Shown here: positions 47,901-57,246 of the stretch, in pieces
Layout: each line of letters starts with the position of its first letter
How positions within the stretch are numbered: the stretch's first letter is position 1
Virus record (IMG/VR): IMGVR_UViG_3300025585_000039
Coordinates: 16,004-80,003 of that record
Length of the DNA stretch: 64,000 nucleotides
From: a virus
Reading direction: 5' to 3' (one strand)
Notes under the pieces: model-generated
Seen by the model: only the letters and a program-made list of their open reading frames with translations
What the model was told of the DNA's origin: nothing
Database searches by the model: none
Translations under genes and position numbers: made by a program

Positions 47901-50900
47901 TATATTTTAAGTGAATCAATTTCAAGTGGAATATTGAAATTTAGACCACGCATTAACTGTTTTCCAGCACCTAAAACTTCACTCCAGAAACCACCAGAAT
48001 ATGACTTATTAATAGATTCTTGTGCACCAGCAGCGTTTTTTAATTGTTGATAATTAACATCAATGCCAGAAGACTTAGGAATTTTAATCTTTGATACATC
48101 TTGAATTGCAGTTCCGACTCTCTTAATACTTTGCATACTTGCTGCATTAAGGAAGTCAATTCTTGCTTGAATTGTTAATGGTTCCTTTAGAATATCCTTG
48201 CCATTTGGAGCAAGAAGTTGTTGTACAGCAGCCTTAACTTTAATTTCATCTGCACCAATAAGGTCTGCTGCTGCCTTAATGTTTGCTGCAATATCTTTAG
48301 GTCCCAACCCAAATATGGCTGCTCTATTTGCAACGTCAAATGCAATAGCATTGATACCACCCGTTTGTCCTTGTTCAGCACCAGCATTAATTGCAGCAGT
48401 TGCAGCAGAATTCTTTTGACTATAGAAGTCAGTAAATGTTCTTACCTTTGCTTCATCTGCTGTAATAAGTCTCTTATTATCTCTACTAAACTGTGCAGAT
48501 GATGGAAGAGCCTTATCTCCAATAAATTTACCATACTCAAGAATTGCTCTAGCACTTCCAACTCTTGCTTCTGCTTCTTTTTTAGCAGCATCTGCTAATT
48601 CTTTTGCTGCCTTTTGCGCTGATCTATTAAATGCCCAGAAACCCACACCTAATGCAACAACTGCTGCACCAAGTGCAACAAATGGATTAGATAGCATAGG
48701 AAGAATCATGGATAGGGTTTGGAATCCAGCAACTACTGGAGCAACCTTTTGTGCCATATCACCTATAGGTCCTGGAGCAAATGATGCTGCAAATGTTGCT
48801 GCAGAAAGACCCATTGCAACACCAGATGTTCTTTGTGAGAATGCTCTAAATCTTTCTTGTCTTGCTGCATTACGTTCTTGGAAAGCAGCATATCGTGCTG
48901 AAACATTATCACGGAAAGCACCAAATCTTGATTGTCTTGCAACCATTTCTGGCATGCCTAAAAATACTGGTTCTGGTTTTGTTGTTCCACCAAGTGATGC
49001 ACCCTTTGGAACAAGCAATCCAGATGGTGTTTGAACCATATCGCCCATTGCTGTAGCAGTTACTCTTTGTGCTGCTGCTTTCACTGCTGGAAGTCTTTCT
49101 TCCATTCCAATAATCAAACCTTCAGAAATATCTCTACCAATTTGCTTTGATTTTTCAGATGGTGAGTTTGTAGCAGCACCTACTGCTGTACCATGAATTG
49201 CAGCCTCGCCAAGTGCTTGACCATTTCTATCAAGAATAACTTGGCCTTCTTTAAATGTTTGTCCCTCATTCATCATCTGCATTACACGTTGTTCTGCAGC
49301 AGATCCTGCACCTGCTTTCTTACGTAAGAATGGTGGAACAAAACGACTTACAGCCCTTGAAAAAGGAATGTGTGCAAATTGATAATCTTGTGGATATCCA
49401 GTTGGGGCATCCATTCCACGAGATGCTAGTTCTCTTAAGAAGTTGGCACGTACTCTTGGCTTAAGTGTTTGGCCAGATCTTTCTGTACTTGCTCTCTTAA
49501 CAACTGTTTGTCCTGCCTCATTTATAGCAAGTTCAACTCTCTGAATATTTTGTTGTGTTAAATCACTTTCCAATGGTGCAACTAACTTACGTAATGCATT
49601 GGTAAGTCTTTCTGCTTCTTGTGCAGAAAGTTTTCCTTGTTGTGCCATAGAAGTAATGTGGTCTGCCATTATTGGGAATTGACGCTCTCCAACTTGAGAG
49701 ATGTTCGTAATATCGTCTGTTATGCCACCCTTGAATAAATCAAATAGTTGATCATTAATTCCTCTAAATTGTGTTGAGAACTTATGATAGTTAGATTGTG
49801 TTGCTTTTACATCGCTTTCAAACATCATCATTGTATTTAGTGAGGCAGCAAAAGAAGCCTTGGCTTGCTCTGATGTTTGTAACCATTCTCTATCCATACC
49901 AAAGCCACCAGGAGTATTACCTGGTGCCATCATTGCTACTGGTGAATATCTACGTGATGCAAATGTTCCACCAAGAACTGTACCGATTGTTTGTAATGAT
50001 GTTCCAAGTCCTGTGGCAAATCCTGGAATACTATTTGAAACCAGAGCATTTACAAGATCTGGATTTCTTGCAACAGATGCAGCAGGAATGATTGCTTCTC
50101 CATTTGAAACCCTTGCAATAATTGAATCTGATGTTCCAGTACCAGGACCAGAAATAACACCACCACTAGCATATCCCTTTGGTCCACGTCTTGATTGAGG
50201 AAGCATCATACCTGGATTGTTTATAGCAAATCGCTCTGATGCTGCTATCGCTTGCAAATATGCATTCTTTAAATTAAGTACGGCATCTGCTTCTACAACA
50301 AATCTTTGTGTTAATTTGGCATGTACTTGATCCAACGAGTGCGCTACGGCTTCTGCCTGTAATTGTTCATCCGTTAAATATTGAGTTTGCTCACCTAATA
50401 TCTTTGATCCACCAGTAAGTCTAAGATATCCGTTACGAATCATTCCTAACATCTTCATAAACTGACCAGCAAAGTTGGCAAACAAACCTATAAGCATCAA
50501 AACGACAGGTCCGATTCCTGCAAAGATTGTAACAATTACAGCAATAACCTTCTTAGTATGATCAGATAGTCCATTAAACTTATCTGCTAAATTTGTAATG
50601 AAAGTAAGAATAGGAGTAACAACTTTAACAAATATTTCACCAACAGGCGCAATAGAATTTTTCATGGCTTCTGCTGCAGCCTTAAATTTGGTCATGCTAT
50701 TTTCTTCAATTGACGCTAATTCTTGTTGTGAAATACGTGAAAGGTCTTGTGCAGACATACCAACAAGTTCCATTACTCTTTGTGCCTGAGATCCAGACTT
50801 GGCGATATTATCAAACAAAGCACCAACACGTGCATACTGGAATTTACCAAATAATTGTTCTAAAACTCTTTGACGTGCTAGTGGAGTTAATTCCTTTAAT

Positions 50901-52174
50901 GCATTACCAAGTTCAAGAACGGTACGCATTATATTGCCTTGATTTCTTTCAGTCATTTCTTTAAGATTTATTCCAACACCAGCAAGCATTTCTTTTGCTG
51001 CTTTTGTTGGGTTAATTAAAGAACCAAGTGCTGACTTTAAACCGTTTGCTGCTGAAGCAGCGTCAACGCCACCCTCTTGCATTGCAGCCATAAATACTGA
51101 AAGGTCTTTTATGTCTCCACCAAGACCACGAATAATAGGTGCGGTACGTGGAATTGCCTGGGTAATATCATCTAGCGAAACAACTGTTTGGTTTTCTACT
51201 GCGTTAAGAAAGTCAACAGACTCAGCAAGTTGATTATTGCTCATCTTAAATGCATTTTGAAGTGTGATGGTTGCTTGAAATGCTTGTTGTTTATCTATTT
51301 CACCAAGAACACTAAGTTTAGTGGCTTGTCGAACTGTTTCTTGTAATTTTTCACCTTGAAAACCTGCTGCTGCTGCATCCGCAGCAATTGCCATTGTGTC
51401 TTGAATAGCAACCCCATACTTAGTAAATTCAGAAGCAAGATCTCTAATCATTTGAAGATTTGTATCTGTTTCTGTTTTACTTGTCATTAAGTCACCATAC
51501 ACACGCTTAAATCTTAATGCCTGTTGTTCAATATCCATAAATACCTTAGATGCCGTTGATCCAAAAATAGATAGTGGTACTGTAAAACCAACCATCAACT
51601 GACGACCAGCCCACTGAGTGTTCTTACCAAAGTTAATTAGATTGGTTGTACCCTGAGCAAGCAACTGATTGAAGAGTTGCTGTCTTTGCGCTGCCATCAT
51701 TGTCTTTACTGAATAATCGTTCATATTCATAGACAAAGGCGTAATAGAAATTGCCTTCATTGCGCCAGAGGCATCTCGGCCAAGTTTTATATATTGTGTC
51801 TGTAATTTGCGAACACGCTCTTCTGCGACTCTATTGATGGTATCAAATTCAGTTCTAAAAAGTTTACCGAATGACTTAGATGATGCTATACCATATCTAA
51901 AATATTCTCGCATTGAGAATTTGTTTTTTTCAAGGGAGGTGCTAAAAGATTCTGCAGCAGTTTTGATTGTTCTTATTTGTGCAGCAAATTGCCCAGTCGC
52001 ATTTACAGAATTAAGAAAATCTTGTTGTAATTGACGCTGGGCAATAGAAGCAGAAGCACTAGACTTTGCAATTGAAGAGTGGAAAAGAGATATCTGACGC
52101 TGTAAACTCTTTAGTTCAGCAAGAGCAGCAGACGTGTCGATATTAACGCTAATATTAGCATTAACATCACTCAT
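44999..52174 (-). CDS. tail tape measure protein
   Basis: 2391 aa, Ala-rich and helical; TP901-type core; TM-like segments; GTDTVPAMLTPGEFV motif. Confidence 0.93.
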   Translation of the reverse strand: MSDVNANISVNIDTSAALAELKSLQRQISLFHSSIAKSSASASIAQRQLQQDFLNSVNATGQFAAQIRTIKTAAESFSTSLEKNKFSMREYFRYGIASSKSFGKLFRTEFDTINRVAEERVRKLQTQYIKLGRDASGAMKAISITPLSMNMNDYSVKTMMAAQRQQLFNQLLAQGTTNLINFGKNTQWAGRQLMVGFTVPLSIFGSTASKVFMDIEQQALRFKRVYGDLMTSKTETDTNLQMIRDLASEFTKYGVAIQDTMAIAADAAAAGFQGEKLQETVRQATKLSVLGEIDKQQAFQATITLQNAFKMSNNQLAESVDFLNAVENQTVVSLDDITQAIPRTAPIIRGLGGDIKDLSVFMAAMQEGGVDAASAANGLKSALGSLINPTKAAKEMLAGVGINLKEMTERNQGNIMRTVLELGNALKELTPLARQRVLEQLFGKFQYARVGALFDNIAKSGSQAQRVMELVGMSAQDLSRISQQELASIEENSMTKFKAAAEAMKNSIAPVGEIFVKVVTPILTFITNLADKFNGLSDHTKKVIAVIVTIFAGIGPVVLMLIGLFANFAGQFMKMLGMIRNGYLRLTGGSKILGEQTQYLTDEQLQAEAVAHSLDQVHAKLTQRFVVEADAVLNLKNAYLQAIAASERFAINNPGMMLPQSRRGPKGYASGGVISGPGTGTSDSIIARVSNGEAIIPAASVARNPDLVNALVSNSIPGFATGLGTSLQTIGTVLGGTFASRRYSPVAMMAPGNTPGGFGMDREWLQTSEQAKASFAASLNTMMMFESDVKATQSNYHKFSTQFRGINDQLFDLFKGGITDDITNISQVGERQFPIMADHITSMAQQGKLSAQEAERLTNALRKLVAPLESDLTQQNIQRVELAINEAGQTVVKRASTERSGQTLKPRVRANFLRELASRGMDAPTGYPQDYQFAHIPFSRAVSRFVPPFLRKKAGAGSAAEQRVMQMMNEGQTFKEGQVILDRNGQALGEAAIHGTAVGAATNSPSEKSKQIGRDISEGLIIGMEERLPAVKAAAQRVTATAMGDMVQTPSGLLVPKGASLGGTTKPEPVFLGMPEMVARQSRFGAFRDNVSARYAAFQERNAARQERFRAFSQRTSGVAMGLSAATFAASFAPGPIGDMAQKVAPVVAGFQTLSMILPMLSNPFVALGAAVVALGVGFWAFNRSAQKAAKELADAAKKEAEARVGSARAILEYGKFIGDKALPSSAQFSRDNKRLITADEAKVRTFTDFYSQKNSAATAAINAGAEQGQTGGINAIAFDVANRAAIFGLGPKDIAANIKAAADLIGADEIKVKAAVQQLLAPNGKDILKEPLTIQARIDFLNAASMQSIKRVGTAIQDVSKIKIPKSSGIDVNYQQLKNAAGAQESINKSYSGGFWSEVLGAGKQLMRGLNFNIPLEIDSLKIYKDLQSKVQLASMQLDLAFQQQTQSLAVLNQQYADGAIKQEDYNKQFDAIWNNFAGIGSSTVELVKALDKIDSSGELAKDSLADLATQVFSTLEKSNPKFAKRIKDDLAKLPKNTQISLMMGFANGSLTMMDLVLIPKILEQISGKEYSVAIKIIQTSDLSKGAIAQMTIQEAQKALDKVQKALAGDRANSALILEEARLKKTIADAKKAQEEAAKVLQNPKETPGTKTITDTTGNTRKTLFTDELMKKLKMFKLESINALGSYNDFVKALSKDMSGFKGMDNLMRSAGATQEAIDIINNIDSETLKKLGDRIYRLKDGKVIFGDLGKAILQFTKENSLMTFVDQQQQIVINTQEQVTAFGKLQKAGLSASQILAVLENAALTANIAAEDINSNDFKNFIAGAKAGAEATKQLAKELKAAKFAAQQEQETEADKVDQYFKYQEVVIKQQQRKNFIEQQGMSPEKYQQAISAQEEVVKAKQKEVDAINEAIDKKQEEIALWNRGLDLIGREEDKINDAYKKRTDAIDSQIEALNKVKDINSKLAEQEKQKTSLADALSQGDISAAAQIAQDMQAKAAENSTQSSIDALQERKKQLEIQQQKEIEKIQVDINGVLYTRTQLQEMVRTKEDEIYTIQQTTLKKAQDLVKAEQDKLDKMNEVINKYNTDMQKAIDAIIDKQGRSKAEWELIKEAVNATNDYLDTMAIDLDAVASGVISVEQAWNAVIAAINGAIAAQAAFKAGTGATGGGGGGGGGGNGTTTNPGNIDKTNATVKTETDKLLTSIKNGTTTDTSASKIANDMAASLLSDKAATAALGGVSGVMSSARYTGQAIAYAAQQAAAEKQAAALQKLKEAEAATKATKIMMYEDSYYRSAGGIIPKYFVAGGYAKGTDTVPAMLTPGEFVMSRYAVSNFGLDRMKAINSGKSIGDSMYNYNLTVNAQSDASPEDIAQTVMAQLRRIDSQKLRGQRV

Positions 52175-52200
52175 TCATTTCCACCTCTTTATTTTATAAA

Positions 52201-52530
52201 TTAGACATCTGCATTAATTGAAATACCCAATGGGCTTTCATTTAACTTGATACCTGAAGCAACATCTACAATCTTATAGACCGTTGGAAGGTCGATGTTA
52301 GATTCTAGTTTTGCCAGATCTTCCGCCAATTCTGGCTTGTATTGCTGAAGTGCAATTTGTACACATTCCATTAAAACGCTCATTGACTTATCATTATCAT
52401 CCGCAACCTTGGCGATTTTATCAAATGTTTTCATAAATTTACGAAGTAGTGCGATGCTTAATGGACGCAATTCAATTTCTGTCCCATCAACTAATGTCAC
52501 TATTTCTTTTTCATGTACTGTAGTTGTCAT
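52201..52530 (-). CDS. tail assembly chaperone, short (G-like)
   Basis: Between MTP and TMP; homologous to the N-half of 52578..53261. Confidence 0.7.
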   Translation of the reverse strand: MTTTVHEKEIVTLVDGTEIELRPLSIALLRKFMKTFDKIAKVADDNDKSMSVLMECVQIALQQYKPELAEDLAKLESNIDLPTVYKIVDVASGIKLNESPLGISINADV

Positions 52531-52556
52531 TTATTCCTCCGTTATTGACTTAACTA

Positions 52557-52565
52557 ATTATATCA
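52557..52565 (-). promoter_or_regulatory. extended -10 promoter TGATATAAT
   Basis: Intergenic, upstream of SD GGAGG of the gene at 52530. Confidence 0.6.
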
Positions 52566-52577
52566 CAAAGAGCCAAA

Positions 52578-53261
52578 TTACGAATCTATCTTTTCGTAAT
52601 CTAAGCCCAACCCTATTCCAAATCCTGCTGTTTGTGCATTTTGACCTTGCAAAGATAAAATATCATTAGAATCCTTAGTTTGTCCTTTACTAAATACTCT
52701 GGCCTTAAGATCTTCCCAAGCATTACTCTTGCCAGTCTGCTCATCTAAATCTACACCCTGTAGGGCTGCATTAAACTTCTTTGCTTCATAGTCCAATTCC
52801 CTTTTTGTAGAAAGGATTGCTAAAAGTTCTGGCATAGATATAGAGTTTTCTAGTTCCTCAAAGTTTTTCCATATACCCGTCAAAAATACCTCTGATTCTA
52901 GTCTAGCAATATCCATGGTTGCCCAAGTACTACCTTCAGCACTTTTTATGGAACTCTGTTTTTCATCATTTTTGGCAACTTTAATGTCTGCCGAATATTC
53001 AATTATTTTATAAAGTGTTTTAATGTCAAATGCCAAAGATAATTCTTCTATATCATTGAATACCCCTGGTGCAAACTGTGACATAGAAATAAGTGCACAT
53101 TCTAATAGGATATCTATTGATGCCTCATTATTTTTTGCTGTATGCACCGTTTCAAACTTTTCCATGAAATCATGCATGTATCGTATTTTTAATGGGGTAA
53201 TTAAATATTCATTACCCTGAATATCATGTACACTATTAATGTCATAGATTTTGATTGCCAT
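52578..53261 (-). CDS. tail assembly chaperone, long (GT-like)
   Basis: N-half homologous to the short chaperone; C-half W..FEELE.S.SMPEL is T-like. Confidence 0.65.
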   Translation of the reverse strand: MAIKIYDINSVHDIQGNEYLITPLKIRYMHDFMEKFETVHTAKNNEASIDILLECALISMSQFAPGVFNDIEELSLAFDIKTLYKIIEYSADIKVAKNDEKQSSIKSAEGSTWATMDIARLESEVFLTGIWKNFEELENSISMPELLAILSTKRELDYEAKKFNAALQGVDLDEQTGKSNAWEDLKARVFSKGQTKDSNDILSLQGQNAQTAGFGIGLGLDYEKIDS

Positions 53262-53267
53262 CTATAT

Positions 53268-53276
53268 ATTGTACCA
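53268..53276 (-). promoter_or_regulatory. extended -10 promoter TGGTACAAT, leaderless
   Basis: 6 nt before the ATG at 53261; no SD. Confidence 0.55.
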
Positions 53277-53279
53277 AAT

Positions 53280-53310
53280 GACAAAACCCACCATTGCTGG
53301 TGGGTCTGTC
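53280..53310 (-). terminator. terminator hairpin after the major tail gene
   Basis: GACAGACCCACCA-GCAA-TGGTGGGTTTTGTC. Confidence 0.75.
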
Positions 53311-53328
53311 TATTAAATTGTATTTCTG

Positions 53329-53958
53329 TTATGCGAAAGTACGATCCACAATCTTTCCATAAGATCCTGATGTATCTTCTGGAAGTAGACGGAATGTAAC
53401 TTCGAATTCAGTTGCTGTATCACGCTTTGCAGATACTGTAACATTTTCAATTGAAAGTGCACGATATGCTGCATAAACACGTTCTACGCTAGTTGTGTCG
53501 CAATCTCCAGTTCCTGGACCCACTGCAACCAATCCACGCTCAACTGGGCATTCGCCTAGTCGACCTGCTGAAAGTGTCAAAGTTTGTCCTGCGCTTGTAG
53601 ACTTGCCTGCTTCAGAACCGAGATCGGCTGAAGCACCTGCTGTTGCAAGAAGTAGGTTTTCAAGTGTTGCTTCTGCAAAAGATGTCTTTAGGGACACCTG
53701 CATTCCTTGCTTGTAAAGTTTAGCAACGTCAAGAACCTGATCTACTTTTACTTCACCGAAATCTGGTTGGAACTGAAGTTCCAAACCATTGTTTGTATAA
53801 CCAACATTTCTCCAGTCAGCATCTGCGGACAAGGTTTCCTTGTACGAAGTACCGCTTGCGAATGCTGGAAGATCGTCGCTAGTCAAAGTTGTATCTGCAA
53901 CGAATAACGCAGCAGCACCAACGATGATTTGTTTCGAATCACCTGCTTGATAAGCCAT
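53329..53958 (-). CDS. major tail (tube) protein
   Basis: IIVGAA.LF, VGYT..GL...F.P, position; followed by a terminator. Confidence 0.8.
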   Translation of the reverse strand: MAYQAGDSKQIIVGAAALFVADTTLTSDDLPAFASGTSYKETLSADADWRNVGYTNNGLELQFQPDFGEVKVDQVLDVAKLYKQGMQVSLKTSFAEATLENLLLATAGASADLGSEAGKSTSAGQTLTLSAGRLGECPVERGLVAVGPGTGDCDTTSVERVYAAYRALSIENVTVSAKRDTATEFEVTFRLLPEDTSGSYGKIVDRTFA

Positions 53959-54008
53959 ATTTTCACCTCTTCTGTTTTAATGAAAGTAGGCGTGTTTCCT
54001 CATTCATA

Positions 54009-54017
54009 AGTATAACA
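54009..54017 (-). promoter_or_regulatory. extended -10 promoter TGTTATACT
   Basis: Intergenic, upstream of the major tail gene. Confidence 0.55.
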
Positions 54018-54023
54018 GCCTTT

Positions 54024-54659
54024 TTAAGATTTATGCCAGTCATATTCTACTATCATTTTGTTACCAGCGTAAGTTCTGGCGGTTCCAAAGTCAATAATAT
54101 CCCTGGTTTCCTGTAGTTGGTAGACCCTGAGCCTATGGAAAAATGGTACCAAAAAGTCTTGCCCTTTAAATTTTGCTGTTTTAAGCATTATAGGTTTGGT
54201 AAGATCATCCTTTAAAATACCACCATCATTATATTTTTCATACATCAATTGTCCATCATCAGTAGTTTTTTGAATCGGTGTTCCAGGATTATCCTCTACA
54301 TACTGCGAGACCCATTTGTTAACTCTTTGTGCAGATTCATCTTCGCTATCTAGTAGGTCTTGCATATGTTGGGCAGTTTCAATAACACGATCTACAGCCT
54401 CTTCTCCAACTGCATAAAAATAATACATAAGTTGTTCTGATTTAATATGAGGAAATGGACTTCTTCTCATTCTTAACATACGATCATATACTGCAAAAAT
54501 TCCACTAGTTGAATTACCATTTTGTATAAATGTTTGTGTTAAATCATCAATAGTTGTAGGGCTTGTTGGAAAAAATGGAATTGTTTCATTTTCTGCATAT
54601 GCAGGAGTATTATCTTTTAGGTATGCATTAATAAATGTTGGTGGATGATAAATAGCCAT
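54024..54659 (-). CDS. putative tail terminator/neck protein
   Basis: Position before the major tail gene. Confidence 0.5.
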   Translation of the reverse strand: MAIYHPPTFINAYLKDNTPAYAENETIPFFPTSPTTIDDLTQTFIQNGNSTSGIFAVYDRMLRMRRSPFPHIKSEQLMYYFYAVGEEAVDRVIETAQHMQDLLDSEDESAQRVNKWVSQYVEDNPGTPIQKTTDDGQLMYEKYNDGGILKDDLTKPIMLKTAKFKGQDFLVPFFHRLRVYQLQETRDIIDFGTARTYAGNKMIVEYDWHKS

Positions 54660-55333
54660 TATGCACCAACCTTTATATTAGCAATCCAACGATATCCAGT
54701 TTCTAGTCCCTTGTTACGACCCATCTTAGAACCTGATCTAATGTTGTTCTTATATGCAGTTGGTGTACCTAGTTCTGACAAGATACCGCTTGATCTTAAA
54801 AATGCTTGTGTAAAATATCTAGAGAAAAAAGAGTCAAATGTTTTTTCAAATTGTCCTTCAGTATTTCCACCAGGATTATTTACAGTTACTGGACTTTTAG
54901 TAAATACTTCATCTTTGCCAACTTTAAACCTAAGTGCCTGTGCATTTTTAGGTGCAATAGTTACAGACATTCCAGTTTCCATAATATTTGCTTTATTATA
55001 AAATGGTTCTCTAGATCCATTTTGAATGCTTCGTGATTGACTAAATGTAGATTTAAAAGACAGACCGAGATTACTTACAGTATATTGAATATCAAATAGT
55101 CTAGCCTGTGGACTTCCAGTTTCATACCACTCATATACGTGGTGCAAAGATGCTGGGTTAACTCTTGCGCTAGAGTCAACATACTCTTTTAATAGTGAAA
55201 CTACTTCATTACCTAGTTTATTTAAAAATATATTTTTGCCCTTTTTTACGCCATCCAGAAATCCAATAGAGTACTCAACTATATTTTTCATTTCAGACAT
55301 AAATAACTTATCATCAAGTTTTACATTTATCAT
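54659..55333 (-). CDS. putative neck protein
   Basis: Position; LHHVYEW, P...ALRF motif. Confidence 0.5.
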   Translation of the reverse strand: MINVKLDDKLFMSEMKNIVEYSIGFLDGVKKGKNIFLNKLGNEVVSLLKEYVDSSARVNPASLHHVYEWYETGSPQARLFDIQYTVSNLGLSFKSTFSQSRSIQNGSREPFYNKANIMETGMSVTIAPKNAQALRFKVGKDEVFTKSPVTVNNPGGNTEGQFEKTFDSFFSRYFTQAFLRSSGILSELGTPTAYKNNIRSGSKMGRNKGLETGYRWIANIKVGA

Positions 55334-55776
55334 AAATCTACTCCTTGATTTTCTGACCTACGTAATACAACCTTATAATACTCTACGCCACCAAAAGGAC
55401 CTACAATTGGTTCTTGTGATGCTATTTCAAAAATTGTAGATTTGCCTGCTCTCACACCTGCTGTTTCTAAATAGATGTTTTCACAATTTCTATCACGAAT
55501 ATTACTAATTACAATATTTGTCAGCGATGTCTTAGCATCTCTGGTTGATATTCTGATATCACTTTTAACTCGTCCAGACAAAATAAGTGTCTGTGTGATA
55601 TTTACATTTGGCTTAATATCTTCTTGTGCTGCACCACCTGGTGAAGCAAAACTACAAGCAATTGTCTTATCGTGCATCCATTGTTTCTTTACGTTTCCAT
55701 ATGCACCTTGCTCTACTGTTGGATAGAACACATCTGCTTGTAATGGAAATACAAAATCTGGCTCTTCGCAGATCAT
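55330..55776 (-). CDS. putative head closure (stopper) protein
   Basis: Position; beta-rich, 148 aa. Confidence 0.55.
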   Translation of the reverse strand: MICEEPDFVFPLQADVFYPTVEQGAYGNVKKQWMHDKTIACSFASPGGAAQEDIKPNVNITQTLILSGRVKSDIRISTRDAKTSLTNIVISNIRDRNCENIYLETAGVRAGKSTIFEIASQEPIVGPFGGVEYYKVVLRRSENQGVDL

Positions 55777-56696
55777 TACAATACCCCAATTTTTTGAATA
55801 GACTTATCATACTTTTCAAGTATCTTGTCTACAACAGTATTTCCCGTTCCCTCGAACATTTTTTTATCAAACTGTATTCTATATTGATCAGTTATATAAG
55901 ACTGAACATATCTCTTATAGTAATCTAGTTTACCGCACTTGATATCTTCAATTAACATTTTGGTTGCTGCAACAACATCTGGTGGAACAACCTTATATCC
56001 AACATCCATAACAACAGTATAATCAAATCCTTTAGGAAAATCGCCTATTCTATATCCAACAAATCCCAAATCTCCAGATGATCCAATAATCTTAGTTGGA
56101 TTATATTCCATTCTATTTCTTTCATCTGTTGAAGTTGCGTTTTCTGTTCTATAAATTCCAGAATTATCTAATAAGATATCATAGGAGTAAGCATAATTGC
56201 TTGCATCTTCTACATCATAAACTAAAATATTATTTTCATAAACTTTCAATACACGATTACTATCGTGCCATAGTGGTAGGTAGTCTGTACCCTGACCAAC
56301 AACATTTAAAACTAATTTATGGTTATAAAAACCATCTCCGACACATGTATCAATAATAGATCTTGCTACTAATTCCAAATTCTTGTATTCTTGAATATCT
56401 GAAGCGGTATCTCCAAATTCACTTGGATTTACATATGGCCTAATAATAGATAAATTATCTTCATGCAAAACATGTTCATGCTCTGTATCATAAAATCTAA
56501 TTAAAAAGTTTCTATCGAACTGCACCTTTGTAAGTGGTAATTCATATACCAACTTGCCATTTTCATCTGACATAATGTTGGTTTCTTCAATTGAGTGATC
56601 CACCAAATCCTCAACATACACAATGTACTCATAGTTTGCTATGGGTAGTATCCATGTGGTTGTTAAAGGATAAGGCGGAACTCTCAATACTTCCAT
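55776..56696 (-). CDS. putative head-tail adaptor
   Basis: AR.IID, GY..VP.DV..A, TGN..VD.IL.KY. Confidence 0.65.
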   Translation of the reverse strand: MEVLRVPPYPLTTTWILPIANYEYIVYVEDLVDHSIEETNIMSDENGKLVYELPLTKVQFDRNFLIRFYDTEHEHVLHEDNLSIIRPYVNPSEFGDTASDIQEYKNLELVARSIIDTCVGDGFYNHKLVLNVVGQGTDYLPLWHDSNRVLKVYENNILVYDVEDASNYAYSYDILLDNSGIYRTENATSTDERNRMEYNPTKIIGSSGDLGFVGYRIGDFPKGFDYTVVMDVGYKVVPPDVVAATKMLIEDIKCGKLDYYKRYVQSYITDQYRIQFDKKMFEGTGNTVVDKILEKYDKSIQKIGVL

Positions 56697-56698
56697 CT

Positions 56699-57148
56699 TT
56701 AGTTACCGTGCTCTTTATCAATTTCGTCTTGTGTGGCTTTGCGAACGCCATCTCTAGATAACCACTTATCCTCGTGCTCTTTTGAAATAACGTTGAATCC
56801 TTTATTTAGATTTCCAACACCGCTCCAAAATACGCTGCGTTCTGCAACTACATAAGAAACTTCCTTTTTGGCTGCTGGAGCCTTCTTCTTTGCAGGTGCC
56901 TTTGGTTCTGCTTTTGCAACACCAATTACACCATTTGCAACATACCCTAAAGCATCTTTTCCTTCTGCATCTGGTGCAGGAGTGGATACAGCAGATATGA
57001 AAGAAGGTTCTGGCTTTGGTTCTTCTGCCTTTGTCTCTTCTACAACTGGTTCCTCAACCTTTGGCTCTTCTTGTGCCTCTGGTTCATCTTTAACTAGTTG
57101 ATCTAAAATCGCATCGAGTTCAGCATCATCATTAAAATTTTCTGACAT
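56699..57148 (-). CDS. hypothetical protein (acidic, low-complexity N-terminus)
   Basis: ORF with SD GGAGG and promoter TGTTATAAT at 57169..57177. Confidence 0.7.
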   Translation of the reverse strand: MSENFNDDAELDAILDQLVKDEPEAQEEPKVEEPVVEETKAEEPKPEPSFISAVSTPAPDAEGKDALGYVANGVIGVAKAEPKAPAKKKAPAAKKEVSYVVAERSVFWSGVGNLNKGFNVISKEHEDKWLSRDGVRKATQDEIDKEHGN

Positions 57149-57184
57149 ATTATTACCTCCAATGTTATATTATAACAGATTACT

Positions 57185-57229
57185 AAAAAATTAAGAGGGG
57201 GAGGAGATTCAACCCCTACCCCCTCTCAA
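57185..57229 (-). terminator. Rho-independent terminator after the capsid gene
   Basis: TTGAGAGGGGG..AGGGG/CTCCT..CCCCCTCTTAA followed by TTTTTT. Confidence 0.8.
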
Positions 57230-57246
57230 AGGTTACTGTTTACAGA

